From assembly GCA_963707045.1 (NCBI GenBank), contig CAVPOV010000005.1, positions 140,313-204,312 of the forward strand: DNA of 64,000 nt, read 5' to 3'. Of the stretch, positions 1 to 12,573 are shown one piece after another (positions within the stretch are counted from its first letter, which is position 1; each line of letters opens with the position of its first letter). This DNA comes from an uncultured delta proteobacterium. GTDB taxonomy: Bacteria > Desulfobacterota > Deferrisomatia > Deferrisomatales > JACRMM01. A program made the translations under genes and the position numbers. The notes under the pieces were generated by a model. It had not been told where the DNA came from, searched no databases, and was given only the letters and a program-made list of their open reading frames with translations.

Positions 1-370
1 GTTGTACATCTTGGCCAGCTCCGCTGCCCAGCCGGTGCCGCCCTTCACGGTGCCGTCCCAGAGGATCTCGCCCACCACGAACACCTGGTAAGCCCGCGTT
101 CACCTGGTGCCAGATGCTCTGGAGGATCTGGCGCATCCACGGGCGGGAGGAGTAGTCCCGGTGGAGCCGCTTGGAAACCTCCGTCATGCTCACGTCGCTC
201 TTGGCCAGGTCGGCGGTCGTGAGCTTGCGGGTATGGAGGGCGCGCTGGATGTGGTGGCCCTCGAAGGTGAGGTTCACCTCCGCCACCGCGAACCGGGCGG
301 CGGCGGCGCCGAAGGCCTCCTCGGCGCCCCGCGCACCTCCGCTGTAGAGGGTGACTTCGCTCGGATTCAT
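1..370 (-). CDS. hypothetical protein, N-terminal part only (runs off the window start); probable 1-nt indel near 90-97
   Basis: ATG (complement of 368-370) preceded by a GGAAGG SD. High-GC3 frame 'MNPSEVTLYSGGARGAEEAFG...'. The sensible sequence continues in another frame after 'HQVNAG' ('YQVFVVGEILWDGTVKGGTGW'). No family recognised. Confidence 0.4.
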   Translation of the reverse strand, partial: MNPSEVTLYSGGARGAEEAFGAAAARFAVAEVNLTFEGHHIQRALHTRKLTTADLAKSDVSMTEVSKRLHRDYSSRPWMRQILQSIWHQVNAGLPGVRGGRDPLGRHREGRHRLGSGAGQDVQ

Positions 371-609
371 GAGGTGCCTTCCTTTCTCGCGGGGTTCTCC
401 CCCGCGTTCGGTGCCCGTGTCGCCGATTCGGCGAGGGGAAAAGGGGACGCTATGTAGCGGAAGGCCGCTCCCGGGTCAAGTTCAATTCTGCCCGTCCGGC
501 GGATTCGGCCGGCGCCGGCACGGGGCCGGCCGGCGCCTCGGTCCTCGCCTTGACACCCGAAAAGAGCGGCGGGTATCGTACCGGCCCCGGGGCCCGGAAA
601 GGAGCCATT

Positions 610-1383
610 TTGCGCGCTGTTGCGGTGATCCCAGCCCGCTACGCCTCGACCCGGTTTCCCGGCAAACCCCTCGCTCCCCTCCTGGGACGCCCGATGATCG
701 CCTGGGTCGTGGAAGCGGCCCTGGCGGCGTCCGCGATCGAGGAGGTCTGGGTGGCGACGGACGCGGAGGCCATCGCGTGCGCGGCGGAAGCGGCCGGGGC
801 CCGGACGGTGCTCGTCACGAGCGAGTGCGCCAGCGGCACCGACCGGGTGGCCGCCGCCGCCCGCTCCGTGGCGGCGGACGTGTACGTCAACCTGCAGGGA
901 GACGAGCCGTTGGTGGAACCGGAGGACGTCGACGCCCTGGCGTCCGTGTTCCGCCGGGAGGCCGGGACCCGGGTGGCCACCCTGGCCCGCCCCCTGGATC
1001 GCCCGGAAGACTTCGCCTCCCCGGACGTGGTCAAGGTCGTTTGCGACGCCGCCGGTTTCGCCCTGTACTTCTCCCGCTCCCCGATCCCGCATTGCCGGGA
1101 CCGCGGTAGGGCGGAAGCGTCGGGAGAGTTGCCGGGGCGGCCGCTGCGGCACCTCGGCGCGTACGCGTTCCGGCGGGAGGCACTGCTGGCCTTCGCGGAG
1201 CTCCCTCCCGGAAGCCTGGAGCAGACGGAGTGCCTGGAGCAGTTGCGAGCCCTCGAGGCCGGCTGGAGGATTCGCGTCCTACCCGCCAGGGGCGAATCGT
1301 TGGGGGTCGACCGCCCGGAGGACCTGCTGCGCGCGGAGAAGGCGATGCGGGCGCGCTTCGACCCCGGGCGGCTGGGCTGTTGA
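610..1383 (+). CDS. kdsB: 3-deoxy-manno-octulosonate cytidylyltransferase (CMP-KDO synthetase)
   Basis: Intact ORF. N-terminus 'AVIPARYASTRFPGKPL' and 'VNLQGDEPLV' are typical KdsB motifs. TTG start at 610 follows GGAAAGGAG. Sits within the KDO gene context. Confidence 0.9.
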   Translation: MRAVAVIPARYASTRFPGKPLAPLLGRPMIAWVVEAALAASAIEEVWVATDAEAIACAAEAAGARTVLVTSECASGTDRVAAAARSVAADVYVNLQGDEPLVEPEDVDALASVFRREAGTRVATLARPLDRPEDFASPDVVKVVCDAAGFALYFSRSPIPHCRDRGRAEASGELPGRPLRHLGAYAFRREALLAFAELPPGSLEQTECLEQLRALEAGWRIRVLPARGESLGVDRPEDLLRAEKAMRARFDPGRLGC

Positions 1384-3072
<1,689 letters not shown>

Positions 3073-3076
<4 letters not shown>

Positions 3077-3908
3077 AGGCAGTCCGCGGTCGGTGGGGTC
3101 CGGATCGGCGGGGGGGAGCCCCCTGGCGCTGATCGCCGGGCCCTGCGTGCTCGAGAGCGAGGAACTCGTGCTCACGACGGCCTCGTCGGCTGCGGGATGC
3201 GGCCGGGCGCGTGGGAATGCCCCTGGTCTTCAAGGGCTCCTACGACAAGGCCAACCGCACCCGTCTCGGCTCGTACCGGGGGCCCGGACTGGAGCGGGGC
3301 CTCGACATCCTCGAGCGGGTCCGCGCGGAGGTCGGGGTGCCCGTGCTCGCCGACGTGCACGTCCCGCCGAGGAGGCGCGGCGGGCCGCACCGGTGCTGGA
3401 CTGCCTCCAGGTGCCGGCGTTCCTGGCCCGCCAGACGGACCTGCTGGTGGCCGCCGGGGCGCACCGGCAAGGCGGTCAACGTGAAGAAGGCGCAGTTCCT
3501 GGCCCCGGAGGACATGGTCCAGGCGGTGGACAAGGTCGCGCCGGCGGGGACGGAGGCGTGCTGTTCACCGAGCGGGGGACGACCTTCGGCTACCGCTACC
3601 TCGTGGTCGACTTCCAGGGAATGGCGCGCATGGCCGGCCCGGGTTTCCCGGTGGTCTTCGACGCCACCCACTCGGTCCAGCAGACCGGGGGGCGGTTGCG
3701 GCGTGTCCGCGGGGCGACCGGGAGCAGGCGCCGTGCCCCTGGCCCGTGCGGCGGTGGCGGTCGGAGTCGACGCGGTGTTCTTCGAGGTGCATCCGGACCC
3801 GGACCGGGCCCTGCTGCGATGGCTCCAACTCCCTCGCCCTGGACGTTTGGAGGCGCGTTCTCGCGCCAGATTCTGGCGATCGACCGGGCGCGCAGGGAGA
3901 CGGCGTGA
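3073..3908 (+). pseudogene. kdsA: 2-dehydro-3-deoxyphosphooctonate aldolase (KDO-8-P synthase), multiple frameshifts as sequenced
   Basis: Segments 'PLALIAGPCVLESEELV', 'PLVFKGSYDKANRTRLGSYRGPGLE', 'VNVKKAQFLAPEDM', 'FTERGTTFGY' and 'VVFDATHSVQQ' lie in three different frames. GTG start at 3073. Confidence 0.88.
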
Positions 3909-4880
3909 GCCTGCTGGAGGTGGGCCGCGAGGTGCTGCGGGTCGAGGCCGCGCACCCTGGAGCGCTGTGCGAACGCTGGGCGACGAGTTCGACGCAGCGG
4001 TGGAGTCGGCTGGGCGACGTGCGCCGGGCAAGGTGGTGCTCACCGGCATGGGCAAGAGCGGCATCGTGTGCCGCAAGATCGCGGCCACCTTCTCCTCCAC
4101 CGGCACCCCGGCGTACTTCCTGCACCCCGCCGAGGGGGTGCACGGTGACCTGGGAATCCTCTCCCGGGGCGATGTGGTCGTGGCGGTGTCCAACTCGGGG
4201 GAGACCGAAGGAAGCTGGTGGAGATCCTGCCCGTGGTCCGCCGGCTGGATCTGGGCTGGTCGCGGTGACGGGCAGCCGGGACTCGACCCTGGCGCCGGCG
4301 CAGCGAGGTGCTGCTGCACGTGCCGGTGGAGCGGGAGGCGTGCCCCCTGAACCTGGCCCCGATGGCGTCCACCACCGCCGCCCTGGCGCTGGGGGACGCC
4401 CTGGCGGCGGCGCTGATGCAGCGCAAGGGGTTCACCGCCGCCGACTTCGCTCGGTTCCATCCGGCCGGGCATCTGGGGCGGCAACTCACCCTGCGGTGCG
4501 CGACCTGCATGCACGACGGCGAGGCGGTGCCCCGGGTGCGCGTCGGAGACGCCGATGCGGGAGACCATGCTCGACCATGACCTCGAAGCGGCTCGGGCTC
4601 ACCGGGGTCTTCGACGACGACGGGCGGCTGGCTCGGCGTGATCACCGACGGCGATCTCCGGCGGGCTCTGGAGGGGGGCGGCGACCTGCTCGACGGCGCG
4701 CACCGACGAGGTGATGACGCGGGACCCAAAGACCGTACCCGCGGGCATGCTGGCGGTGGACGCCCTGCGGCTGATGGAGCGTCACGCCATCACCAGCCTC
4801 TTCGTGGTGGCACAGGAGGGCGCCGCGAGGTGGACGGGGTGATCCACATCCACGATCTGGTGAAAGCGGGGTTGCGATGA
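3905..4880 (+). pseudogene. kdsD: arabinose-5-phosphate isomerase (KpsF/GutQ family), multiple frameshifts as sequenced
   Basis: SIS-domain motifs 'VVLTGMGKSGIVCRKIAATFSSTGTPAYFLHPAEGVHGDLG' and 'VAVSNSGET', plus a CBS-type C-terminus 'VIHIHDLVKAGL', are spread over three frames. GTGA overlap with kdsA. Confidence 0.85.
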
Positions 4881-5408
4881 CCTTGGAGCAACGTCTGGGA
4901 AGGTGGCACTGCTGCTCCTGGACGTGGACGGTGTGCTCACCGACGGCCGGGTGGTGATCGACGACCGGGGACGGAGAGCAAGTTCTTCGACGTGCGCGAC
5001 GGCCACGGCCTGAAGATGCTGCAGCGGGCCGGGGTCGGAGGTGGGGCTGGTGACCGGTCGTCGCAGCCGGGTGGTGGAACTGCGGGCCGCCGAGTTGGGC
5101 ATCGACGAGGTGCACCAGGGTGTGAAGGACAAATTGTCGGTGGTGCGCCGGAGATTCTCGTCGCGGGGGCTCGCTCCGGAGGGGTGGCGTACGTGGGCGA
5201 CGACGTGGTGGATCTGCCGGTGATGCTTCAGGTCGGGCGCGGCGATCACCGTGGCCGACGCGCCCGGATACGTGCGGGAGCGGGCCCACTGGGTCACGCG
5301 GCGGGCGGGGGGAGAGGGGCGGTGCGGGAGGTGTGCGACGCCATCCTGCAGGCCCGGGGCGACTGGGACGCCGTGACGCGGCGCTACTTTTCGCCCGAGC
5401 CCCTGTGA
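4877..5408 (+). pseudogene. kdsC: KDO-8-phosphate phosphatase (HAD family), frameshifted as sequenced
   Basis: 'LLLLDVDGVLTDGRV', 'FDVRDGHGLKMLQRAGV', 'VAYVGDDVVDLPVM' and 'GGRGAVREVCDAILQARG' lie in different frames. ATGA overlap with kdsD. Confidence 0.85.
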
Positions 5409-5414
5409 TCGGCC

Positions 5415-5984
5415 GTGAAGCGCGCGAGCCCGGCGAGTCCTCCCCCTCCGAGTCGTCGTCTCCGGTTCTCGGCGGCGGGCCGGTGCCTGACCGTCATCCT
5501 GGCGCTGAGCGCCTGCGGGGAGGGGGAGCCGGCGCGGCCCGGCGCGTCCGCCGGCGCCGACCTGGGTTCGGTCTTCGAAGGGGTGCAGATGGTCCGCCAG
5601 GAGCCCGACGGTACGTCGTGGCGGCTCGACGCCCGGGAAGGCCGCGCGTGGGAGGGGGAGGGGAGCGGGTGGCTCCGCGGGGTGAAGGCCGTGATGGAGC
5701 GCGAGGGGCGCTCCGTGCACCTGGAGGCCGGGGTGGCCGCGATGGAGCGCCGCGACGTGCTCTCCTTCTCGGAGGGCGTGACGCTGTCCTGGGAGGGTTA
5801 TCGGGCGGAGGCCGAGCGGGCGACCTACCAGAGGAGCCGGGGCTGGATCGTGTCGTCCGACCCGGTGCGTCTGCACGGCCCCGGAGTGGAGGTCACGGGC
5901 AGGGGGCTGGAGGTGGACGTGGAGGGGAGGCGGCTGCGGGTCCTATCGGAAGCGCACACCGTGTTTCGGGAGGCGGGGCGTTGA
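5415..5984 (+). CDS. lptC: LPS export system protein LptC-like (lipobox-type N-terminus)
   Basis: Intact 189-aa ORF in the canonical position between kdsC and lptA. N-terminal 'ILALSAC' signal followed by a beta-rich OstA-like body. Confidence 0.7.
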   Translation: MKRASPASPPPPSRRLRFSAAGRCLTVILALSACGEGEPARPGASAGADLGSVFEGVQMVRQEPDGTSWRLDAREGRAWEGEGSGWLRGVKAVMEREGRSVHLEAGVAAMERRDVLSFSEGVTLSWEGYRAEAERATYQRSRGWIVSSDPVRLHGPGVEVTGRGLEVDVEGRRLRVLSEAHTVFREAGR

Positions 5985-6478
5985 GAGTGCTGTGGCTGTG
6001 GGTGTTGACCTTCCTGGTGGCGGCGTCCGGAGCGCGGGCGGCGGGGGAGCCGGGGGAGCCGCCGGTCTGGAAGCTGGGAACGGAGCCCCTGCAGGTGGAC
6101 TCCCGAACCCTGGAAGCCAAGACGGACGAGGGGCTCGTGCTCTTCGAGGGGGAGGTCGTGGCCCGTCAGGGCGACTTGACCCTCCACGCCGATCGGGTGG
6201 AGGTCCGGCTCGAGCCCGAGACCCGGGCGGTGCTCTCGGTGAAGGCACGGGGGAGCGTCCGGTTGCAGAAGGGGAACGTCCTGGCTGCGGGGGACGAGGC
6301 GGACTACGACGCCGCGACGGGTGTGGTGGTGCTCACCGGGAAGCCGAAGGTGTGGCGCGACCGGGATGTCGTGGAGGGAGACCGCATCACCCTGCACCTG
6401 GCGGAGAACCGCAGCGTGGTGGAGGGTGCGCGGGCGGTCCTGTTCCCCGGCACGCCTGCCGGACGGGGTGATCCGTGA
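5981..6478 (+). CDS. lptA: LPS transport periplasmic protein LptA (OstA-like)
   Basis: Signal peptide '[20 protein letters not shown]', then '[22 protein letters not shown]' and '[20 protein letters not shown]', typical of OstA_N. TTGA overlap with lptC and GTGA overlap with lptB. Confidence 0.8.
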   Translation: MRVLWLWVLTFLVAASGARAAGEPGEPPVWKLGTEPLQVDSRTLEAKTDEGLVLFEGEVVARQGDLTLHADRVEVRLEPETRAVLSVKARGSVRLQKGNVLAAGDEADYDAATGVVVLTGKPKVWRDRDVVEGDRITLHLAENRSVVEGARAVLFPGTPAGRGDP

Positions 6479-7212
6479 GCGCCCCGGACCGACTCGAGGC
6501 CCGCGACCTCGTGAAGCGCTACGGCGGGAAGGCGGTCGTCTGCGGCGTGGACGTCGACGTCGCGCGGGGCGAGATCGTCGGGCTCCTCGGGCCCAACGGG
6601 GCCGGCAAGACGACGACCTTCTACATGGTCGTCGGACTGGTTCGACCCGACGAAGGGCACGATCCTCCTGGGCGGGGAGGACGTCACCCGGCTCCCCATG
6701 TACCTGCGCGCCCGCCGCGGGGCTCGGCTACCTCCCCCAGGAAGCCAGCGTGTTCCGCCGGCTGACGGTGCGCGAGAACGTGTTCGGCGTGCTCGAGGCC
6801 CGCGGCGTGCCCCGCGACGACGCGGAGGCGCGCACCGAGTCGGTGCTCGAGGCCCTTTCCATCCGTCATCTCGCGGATCGCAAGGCGCACTGCTGTCCGG
6901 GGGAGAGCGCCGGCGGGTGGAAATCGCGCGCGCCCTGGCCACGGATCCGGCGTTCATCCTGCTCGACGAACCCTTCGCCGGGATCGATCCGATCGCCATC
7001 GCGGAGCTCCGGGACCAGATTTTGCATTTGAAGCACCCTCGGCATCGGTGTCATACTCAGCGACCATAACGTCAGGGAGACCCTCGGCGTTTGTGATCGC
7101 GCCTATATCGTGAGCGAGGGCGACGGTGCTCGAGGAGGGGACGCCAGAGACGATCGTCAAGAGCGCGAAGGGCGCGATCGTGTACCTGGGGGAAGGTTTT
7201 CGCCTCGATTGA
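6475..7212 (+). pseudogene. lptB: LPS export ABC transporter ATPase LptB, frameshifted as sequenced
   Basis: Walker A '[13 protein letters not shown]', '[20 protein letters not shown]', signature '[15 protein letters not shown]' and Walker B '[12 protein letters not shown]' lie in at least 4 frame segments. Confidence 0.9.
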
Positions 7213-7219
7213 GAGCGCC

Positions 7220-8676
7220 ATGGCCCTCGAGATCCGACAGCAAGTCCAAGCCAGGATCTGCGCCTGACCCAGGAACTGGTGATGACTCCCCAGCTCCAGC
7301 AGGCGATCAAACTGCTCCAGCTGTCGCGACTGGAGTTGGTGGACCGGTGCAGGAGGAGATGGAGACCAACCCCCTGCTGGAAGAGGTGAAGGAGGAGGAA
7401 GAACCATCGGGGAGGCGGAGCGCCAGACTCCCGTCCGAGGATCCTGCCGGACCCAGGACCGCCGGAGCCGAGACGCCCGCCGAACCGGAGATCGACTGGG
7501 AGCAGTACCTCGCCTACTACGACGTCGGGCGGCCTCCCCGACTCCCCGATCGACACCGACGACGACCGGCCCTCCTACGAGAACTTCCTCACCCCCGAGG
7601 TCACCCTCCACGACCACCTGGCCTGGCAGCTTCGCCTCGCCGACCTCGCCCCCGGAGCAGAAGGAGATCGGCGCCTACATCGTCGGCAACGTGGACGACG
7701 ACGGCTACCTGCGCGCCACCGTGGAGGAACTCGCGGCAGACGGCTGGGGTCAGCGACGAGCGGGTGAGGCGGTACTCGCCACGGTGCAGGAGTTCGACCC
7801 GCTGGGGGTCGCGTCCCGGAACCTGCAGGAGTGCCTGCTGCGCGCAGGTGCCGAGGAGCGGGACCTGGCGGAGTGGCGTGCGGATCGTCGAGCACGGCCT
7901 CAAGCACCTGGAGACCAAGAACTACAAGAAGCTGGCCAAGGACCTCGGGATGACTTCGAACAGGTGCTCGAGGCCGCCCGGCAGATCGCGTCGCTCGAAC
8001 CGCGGCCCGGGCCGGACGTTCGCCACGACCCGGGTGGAGTACGTGGTGCCCGATGTGTTCGTGGTGAAGGAGGGCGACGACTACGTCGTTCGCCTCAACG
8101 AAGACGGCTGTGCCCGAAGCTGCGGGTTTCGCGCTACTACCAGAACCTGCTCCAGGACAACAGCGCGGACGGGCAAGGAGGCCAAGGGGTACATCCAGGA
8201 GCGGATGCAGGCGGCCCTGTGGCTGATCAAGAGCATCCACCAGCGGCAGCAGACGCTCTACAAGGTGGCCTACTCGATCGTCAAGTTCCAGCGGGACTTC
8301 CTCGACAACGGCGATCACCCAGCTGCGCCCGCTGATCCTCAAGGATGTGGCCGAGGACATCGGATGCACGAGTCCACGGTGAGCCGGGTCACCACGAACA
8401 AGTACATGCACTCCCCCCAGGGGACGTACGAGCTGAAGTTCTTCTTCTCCAGCGCCATCCAGAGCCGGGACGGCGACGACCTGGCGAGCCGCAGCGTCAA
8501 GGCGAGGATCCGGGAGATCGTGGCCCGGGAGAACGGCCAGGAGCCGCTGAGCGACCTGAAGATAGCGGGGATCCTGTCGAAGGAGTTCGGGCTCAAGATC
8601 GCGCGGCGCACGGTGAGCAAGTATCGGGAAACGTCTGGGAATCCTGCCCTCTTCCGCGCGGCGACAGTTCTCCTGA
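7220..8676 (+). pseudogene. rpoN: RNA polymerase sigma-54 factor, 8 or more frameshifts as sequenced
   Basis: 'LTQELVMTPQLQQAIKLLQLSRLEL', 'FDPLGVASRNLQECLL', 'YKVAYSIVKFQRDFL' and the RpoN box 'ARRTVSKYRE' are seen in alternating frames. Confidence 0.9.
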
Positions 8677-8771
8677 GCCCCGCTTCGTCCTCCCCGGGAT
8701 CAAATTGACAGCCGGGGGGGGCTCTGTTAGATTCCAGCGCTCCTTTTCAGTAGGAAATCCGGGAGGTCTGC

Positions 8772-9306
8772 ATGAACTTGAGCATTACGTTCCGCCACGT
8801 GGACCCCAGCGAAGCCCTCAAGGCGTACGCCAGCGAGAAGGTGGAGCGCCTCGGAAAGTACTTCGACGGGTTGGTCGAGGGCCACGTGATCCTCGGCCAG
8901 GAGAAGATCCGCCACCTGGCCGAGGTTTCCCTGAGCGCGAACGGCATGCGGGTCGTGGCCAAGGAGGAGAACGCCGATTTCTACACGGCGATCGACAACG
9001 TGGTGGCCAAGCTCGAGCGGCAGCTCAAGCGTTACAAGGAGAAGCTCAAGAGGCACCAGCCCCTGACGCAACCGCGAGCGCCGGAGCGTGCGCGAGCAGG
9101 TCTTCGCCTACGAGAGTTTCGAGGAAGAGGTGCCGCGGGTCATCCAGACCGAGCACTACACCACGCATCCGATGAGCGTCGACGAGGCGGTCATGGAGAT
9201 GGACCTCACGGCTCGGCCGTTCCTGGTGTTCACCGCGGAGGACGCGAAGGTCAAGGTGGTGTACCGGCGCGACGACGGCAACTACGGACTGATCGATCCC
9301 GAATGA
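8772..9306 (+). pseudogene. hpf: ribosome hibernation promoting factor (long HPF), one frameshift near 9065-9085
   Basis: N-terminal 'MNLSITFRHVDPSEALKAYASEKVERL' (S30AE) in one frame. C-terminal dimerisation domain 'MSVDEAVMEMDLTARPFLVFT...VVYRRDDGNYGLIDPE' in another. Confidence 0.88.
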
Positions 9307-9349
9307 GCCGCTCGCGGTCCGCGGAGCCTGACGGGAGAGGACGGGCGGC

Positions 9350-9811
9350 ATGAAGCTGCTGGATTTCCTTCACAAGGAGAGGATCGTCCCTCGCCTGACC
9401 GCCCGCGACAAGGAAGGCGTCCTCGCGGAACTGGCGGAGGTGCTCGTCGGCACGGGGCAGATCCGCAGCGGCCGAGAAGGCCTGCAGGTGCTCCTGGAGC
9501 GCGAGAAGCTCGGCAGCACCGGGATCGGAGAGGGGATCGCGATCCCCCACGGCAAGCTCAAGGAACTGGAGCAGGTGGTTGCCGTCTTCGGGCGGAGCCC
9601 CGACGGGGTCGATTTCGACAGCATGGACGGGGCCCCTGTGCACCTGTTCTTCCTGCTGATGGCACCCGAGAACTCGGCCAGCACCCACCTCAAGGCCCTT
9701 GCGCGGATTTCCCGTCTGCTGAAGGATCGCGGCTTTCGCGAGGAACTGCTGCAAGCCGATTCCCGGGACTACCTGTTCGAGATCATCGCCCGAGAGGACG
9801 AGAAGTACTGA
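9350..9811 (+). CDS. ptsN: PTS IIA-like nitrogen regulatory protein PtsN (EIIA-Ntr)
   Basis: Intact 153-aa ORF with the 'GIGEGIAIPHGK' phosphorylatable-His motif. Canonical rpoN-hpf-ptsN order. Confidence 0.88.
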   Translation: MKLLDFLHKERIVPRLTARDKEGVLAELAEVLVGTGQIRSGREGLQVLLEREKLGSTGIGEGIAIPHGKLKELEQVVAVFGRSPDGVDFDSMDGAPVHLFFLLMAPENSASTHLKALARISRLLKDRGFREELLQADSRDYLFEIIAREDEKY

Positions 9812-9824
9812 CCGAGCCCTTCGG

Positions 9825-10768
9825 ATGCCCGAGATCACCGTCGGAGACCTCCTCGGCGATCGCGAGCACCGCCTGGCACTGGAGCTCCTGGCCGGCGGGG
9901 AGGGGCTGGAGAACGGGATCCGAGTGCCGCGGATCCAGAAGCCCGGCTTGGCGCTGGCCGGCTACACGGAACAGGTCCGGCCCCATCGGGTGCAGATCCT
10001 GGGGGCGACGGAGTTCGACGTACCTGGACACGCTGAGCGCCGAGCAGAGCGACGCGAGCGTGCGCAGGGTGTTCGGGCTCGGAGTGGCGTGCTTCGTGGT
10101 CACGACAGGGGATCGAGGTCCCACCGGACTTCCTCGAGGAGGCGGACCGCACCCACACTCCCCTGCTGCGCACGGCCCACCGCAGCTCGGTGTTCATCGA
10201 GCGGGTCACCCGGTTCCTGGAGGATCGGCTGGCGCCGCTGACCCGGCTCCACGGGGTGCTGATGGACGTCATGGAGGTGGGCATCCTCCTGCTCGGGCAG
10301 AGCGGCATCGGCAAGAGCGAGTGCGCCCTCGACCTGGTTCTCCGCGGGCACCGCCTGGTGGCCGACGACGTGGTACGCATCCGCCTCGTGCCGCCGTTTC
10401 GCCTGGTCGGGCGCGGGGAGGACATCATCCGCTACCACGTGGAGATCCGCGGCGTGGGCATCCTCAACATCCGGGACCTGTTCGGGGTCAGCGCGATCCG
10501 GGACGAGAAGGAAGTGGAGCTCGTCGTCGAACTGGTCCCGTGGGTGCAGGGAGAGTGCTACGAGCGTCTGGGTTTCGAGGAGAAGAAGCACGCGATCCTG
10601 GACGTCGAGCTGCCGTATCTCCGCATCCCGGTCGCACCGGGCCGCAACATCGCCTCCGTCGTGGAGGTCGCGGCGCGCAACCATCTGCTCAAGCGGATGG
10701 GGCACCACTCGGCGATCCGCCTCAAGGAGTCCCTGGATGCCGCGCTGCGGGGTGGAGGACGGCAGTGA
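9825..10768 (+). pseudogene. hprK: HPr kinase/phosphorylase, two frameshifts (near 10017 and 10105)
   Basis: 'HGVLMDVMEVGILLLGQSGIGKSECALDLVLRGHRLVADD' (P-loop) and 'IRGVGILNIRDLFG', with the N-terminal domain in other frames. Confidence 0.9.
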
Positions 10769-11629
10769 AGCGGGTGCGCCTGGTGGTCGTCACCGGTCTC
10801 TCGGGATCGGGAAAGAGCTGCCGCGCTCCGGGCCCTGGAGGACCTGGGGTTCTTCTGCGTGGACAACCTGCCGGCGGAGCTTCTCCCGAAGTTCCTGGAG
10901 TTGAGCGTGCTCGCGGGAGGAGAGATCCACCGGGTCGCCCTGGGGATGGACCTGCGGGAGCGCCACTTCCTCCAGCGATACCGGGCGGCCTTCGAGGAGG
11001 TGGAGCGCCTCGGGCTGCGCCCGGAGGTCCTGTACCTGGAGGCCTCCGACGAGATCCTCGTGCGCCGTTTCAGCGAGACCCGTCGCCGGCACCCCCTGGG
11101 GGAGGACCGATCGATCAGTCAGGGAATCCGGGAGGAGCGGCGGCTGTTCGAGGAGTTGAAGGGAACGGCCGACCGGGTGATCGACACCTCGGAGATGACG
11201 ATCCACGACCTGAAGAAGGCGGTATGGAAGTACTTCAAGCAGGGGCCCGACGACCAGACGCTGCAGGTGAACCTCCTGAGCTTCGGCTACCGTTACGGAA
11301 TCCCGCACGAGGCGGATCTCCTTCTCGACGTTCGATTCCTGCCGAACCCGTACTTCGTGCCCGCGCTCAAGAACCACGTGGGCACCGAGGCCCCGGTGCA
11401 GGAGTTCGTGCTGCGAACCGAGGAGGCCCGGGAGTTCCTCAGGCGCTTCGTAGAGTTCCTCGAATTCCTCCTCCCGCAGTTCGAGCGGGAGGGGAAGACC
11501 TCCCTGACGATCGCGATCGGCTGCACTGGCGGCAAGCACCGCTCCGTGACGCTGATCGAGGAGATCGCCCGCCGGCTGGACGGGGGGCGCCGCGCCGTCC
11601 AGGTCTACCACCGGGACGTCGACAAGTGA
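10765..11629 (+). pseudogene. rapZ: RNase adapter protein RapZ, one frameshift near 10818
   Basis: 'VVVTGLSGSGKS' Walker A, then 'LEDLGFFCVDNLP', 'FGYRYGIP..ADLLLDVRFLPNPY' and 'IAIGCTGGKHRSV'. GTGA overlap with hprK. Confidence 0.9.
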
Positions 11630-11666
11630 GCTCGAGGGGACCGGGCAGGAACGGGGCGGGCCGCCC

Positions 11667-12083
11667 GTGATCGGCATCCTCGTGGCCGCGCACCAGGATC
11701 TCGGCCCGGCCCTGTGCCGGGCCGCGGAGGGAATCGTCGGCCCCATGGCGGGGGTGGAGTCGATTTCTCTGAGCTACGACGAAGCCCCCGTCGCCGGGCG
11801 CAAGAGAATCGAGGAAGCCCTCGCGCGGCTCCAGACCGGGAGCGGGGTGCTGATCCTCACCGACATGTTCGGGGGGACGCCGACGAACATGTGCCTGCCC
11901 TTCCTCGAGCAGGGCAAGGTCGAGGTGCTCACGGGGGTGAACCTGCCGATGCTCGTCAAGGCCCACAGCTCCCGTGCGGAACTCCCCCTGGCGGAGCTCG
12001 CGGCCTTCCTCAAGGGCTACGGGGGGCGCAACATCGCTCTGGCCAGCGAGATCTGGAACGCGCGGCCGCAGCGGCAGGCGTGA
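11667..12083 (+). CDS. PTS mannose/fructose/sorbose-family EIIA component
   Basis: Intact ORF 'IGILVAAHQDLGPAL...LILTDMFGGTP', typical of EIIA-Man. Confidence 0.85.
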   Translation: MIGILVAAHQDLGPALCRAAEGIVGPMAGVESISLSYDEAPVAGRKRIEEALARLQTGSGVLILTDMFGGTPTNMCLPFLEQGKVEVLTGVNLPMLVKAHSSRAELPLAELAAFLKGYGGRNIALASEIWNARPQRQA

Positions 12084-12087
12084 GCCG

Positions 12088-12573
12088 ATGCCGATCGTTC
12101 TCGCACGCGTGGACAACCGGCTGGTGCACGGCCAGGTGCTCGAGGCGTGGGTTCCCCGCTACCGCATCGACACGCTCCTGGTGGTGGACGCCGAACTGGT
12201 TGACGATCCGCTCCAGCGGGCGGTCCTGGAGAGCCTGGACCGCACCGGGCTCGAGGTCCGGGTCGAGGCGCCGAGCACGGCCGCCCGTTCCCTGGCGGGG
12301 CCGCTGCGGGAGCACCGGGTGATGGTCTTGTTCCGCGGGCTCCGGGGCGCGACCGAAGCCTTGGACCGGGGCGTCGGCTTCACGGACCTGAACCTGGGGA
12401 ACATCCACCCGGGCGAAGGGAGCCGTCCCGTGAGTGCGAGCGTGTACCTGAGCGCCTCCGACGAGGACGCGGTGCGCCGCCTGCTGGCCCGGGGAGTGGC
12501 CGTGGAGGCCCGCGCGGTCCCGGGCGACCGCAGCCCCGACCTGGCGGCGCTCCTGGAGCGGGCTCGGCGATGA
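12088..12573 (+). CDS. PTS mannose/sorbose-family EIIB component
   Basis: 'IVLARVDNRLVHGQVLEAW' matches the EIIB-Man phospho-His motif. Intact. Confidence 0.85.
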   Translation: MPIVLARVDNRLVHGQVLEAWVPRYRIDTLLVVDAELVDDPLQRAVLESLDRTGLEVRVEAPSTAARSLAGPLREHRVMVLFRGLRGATEALDRGVGFTDLNLGNIHPGEGSRPVSASVYLSASDEDAVRRLLARGVAVEARAVPGDRSPDLAALLERARR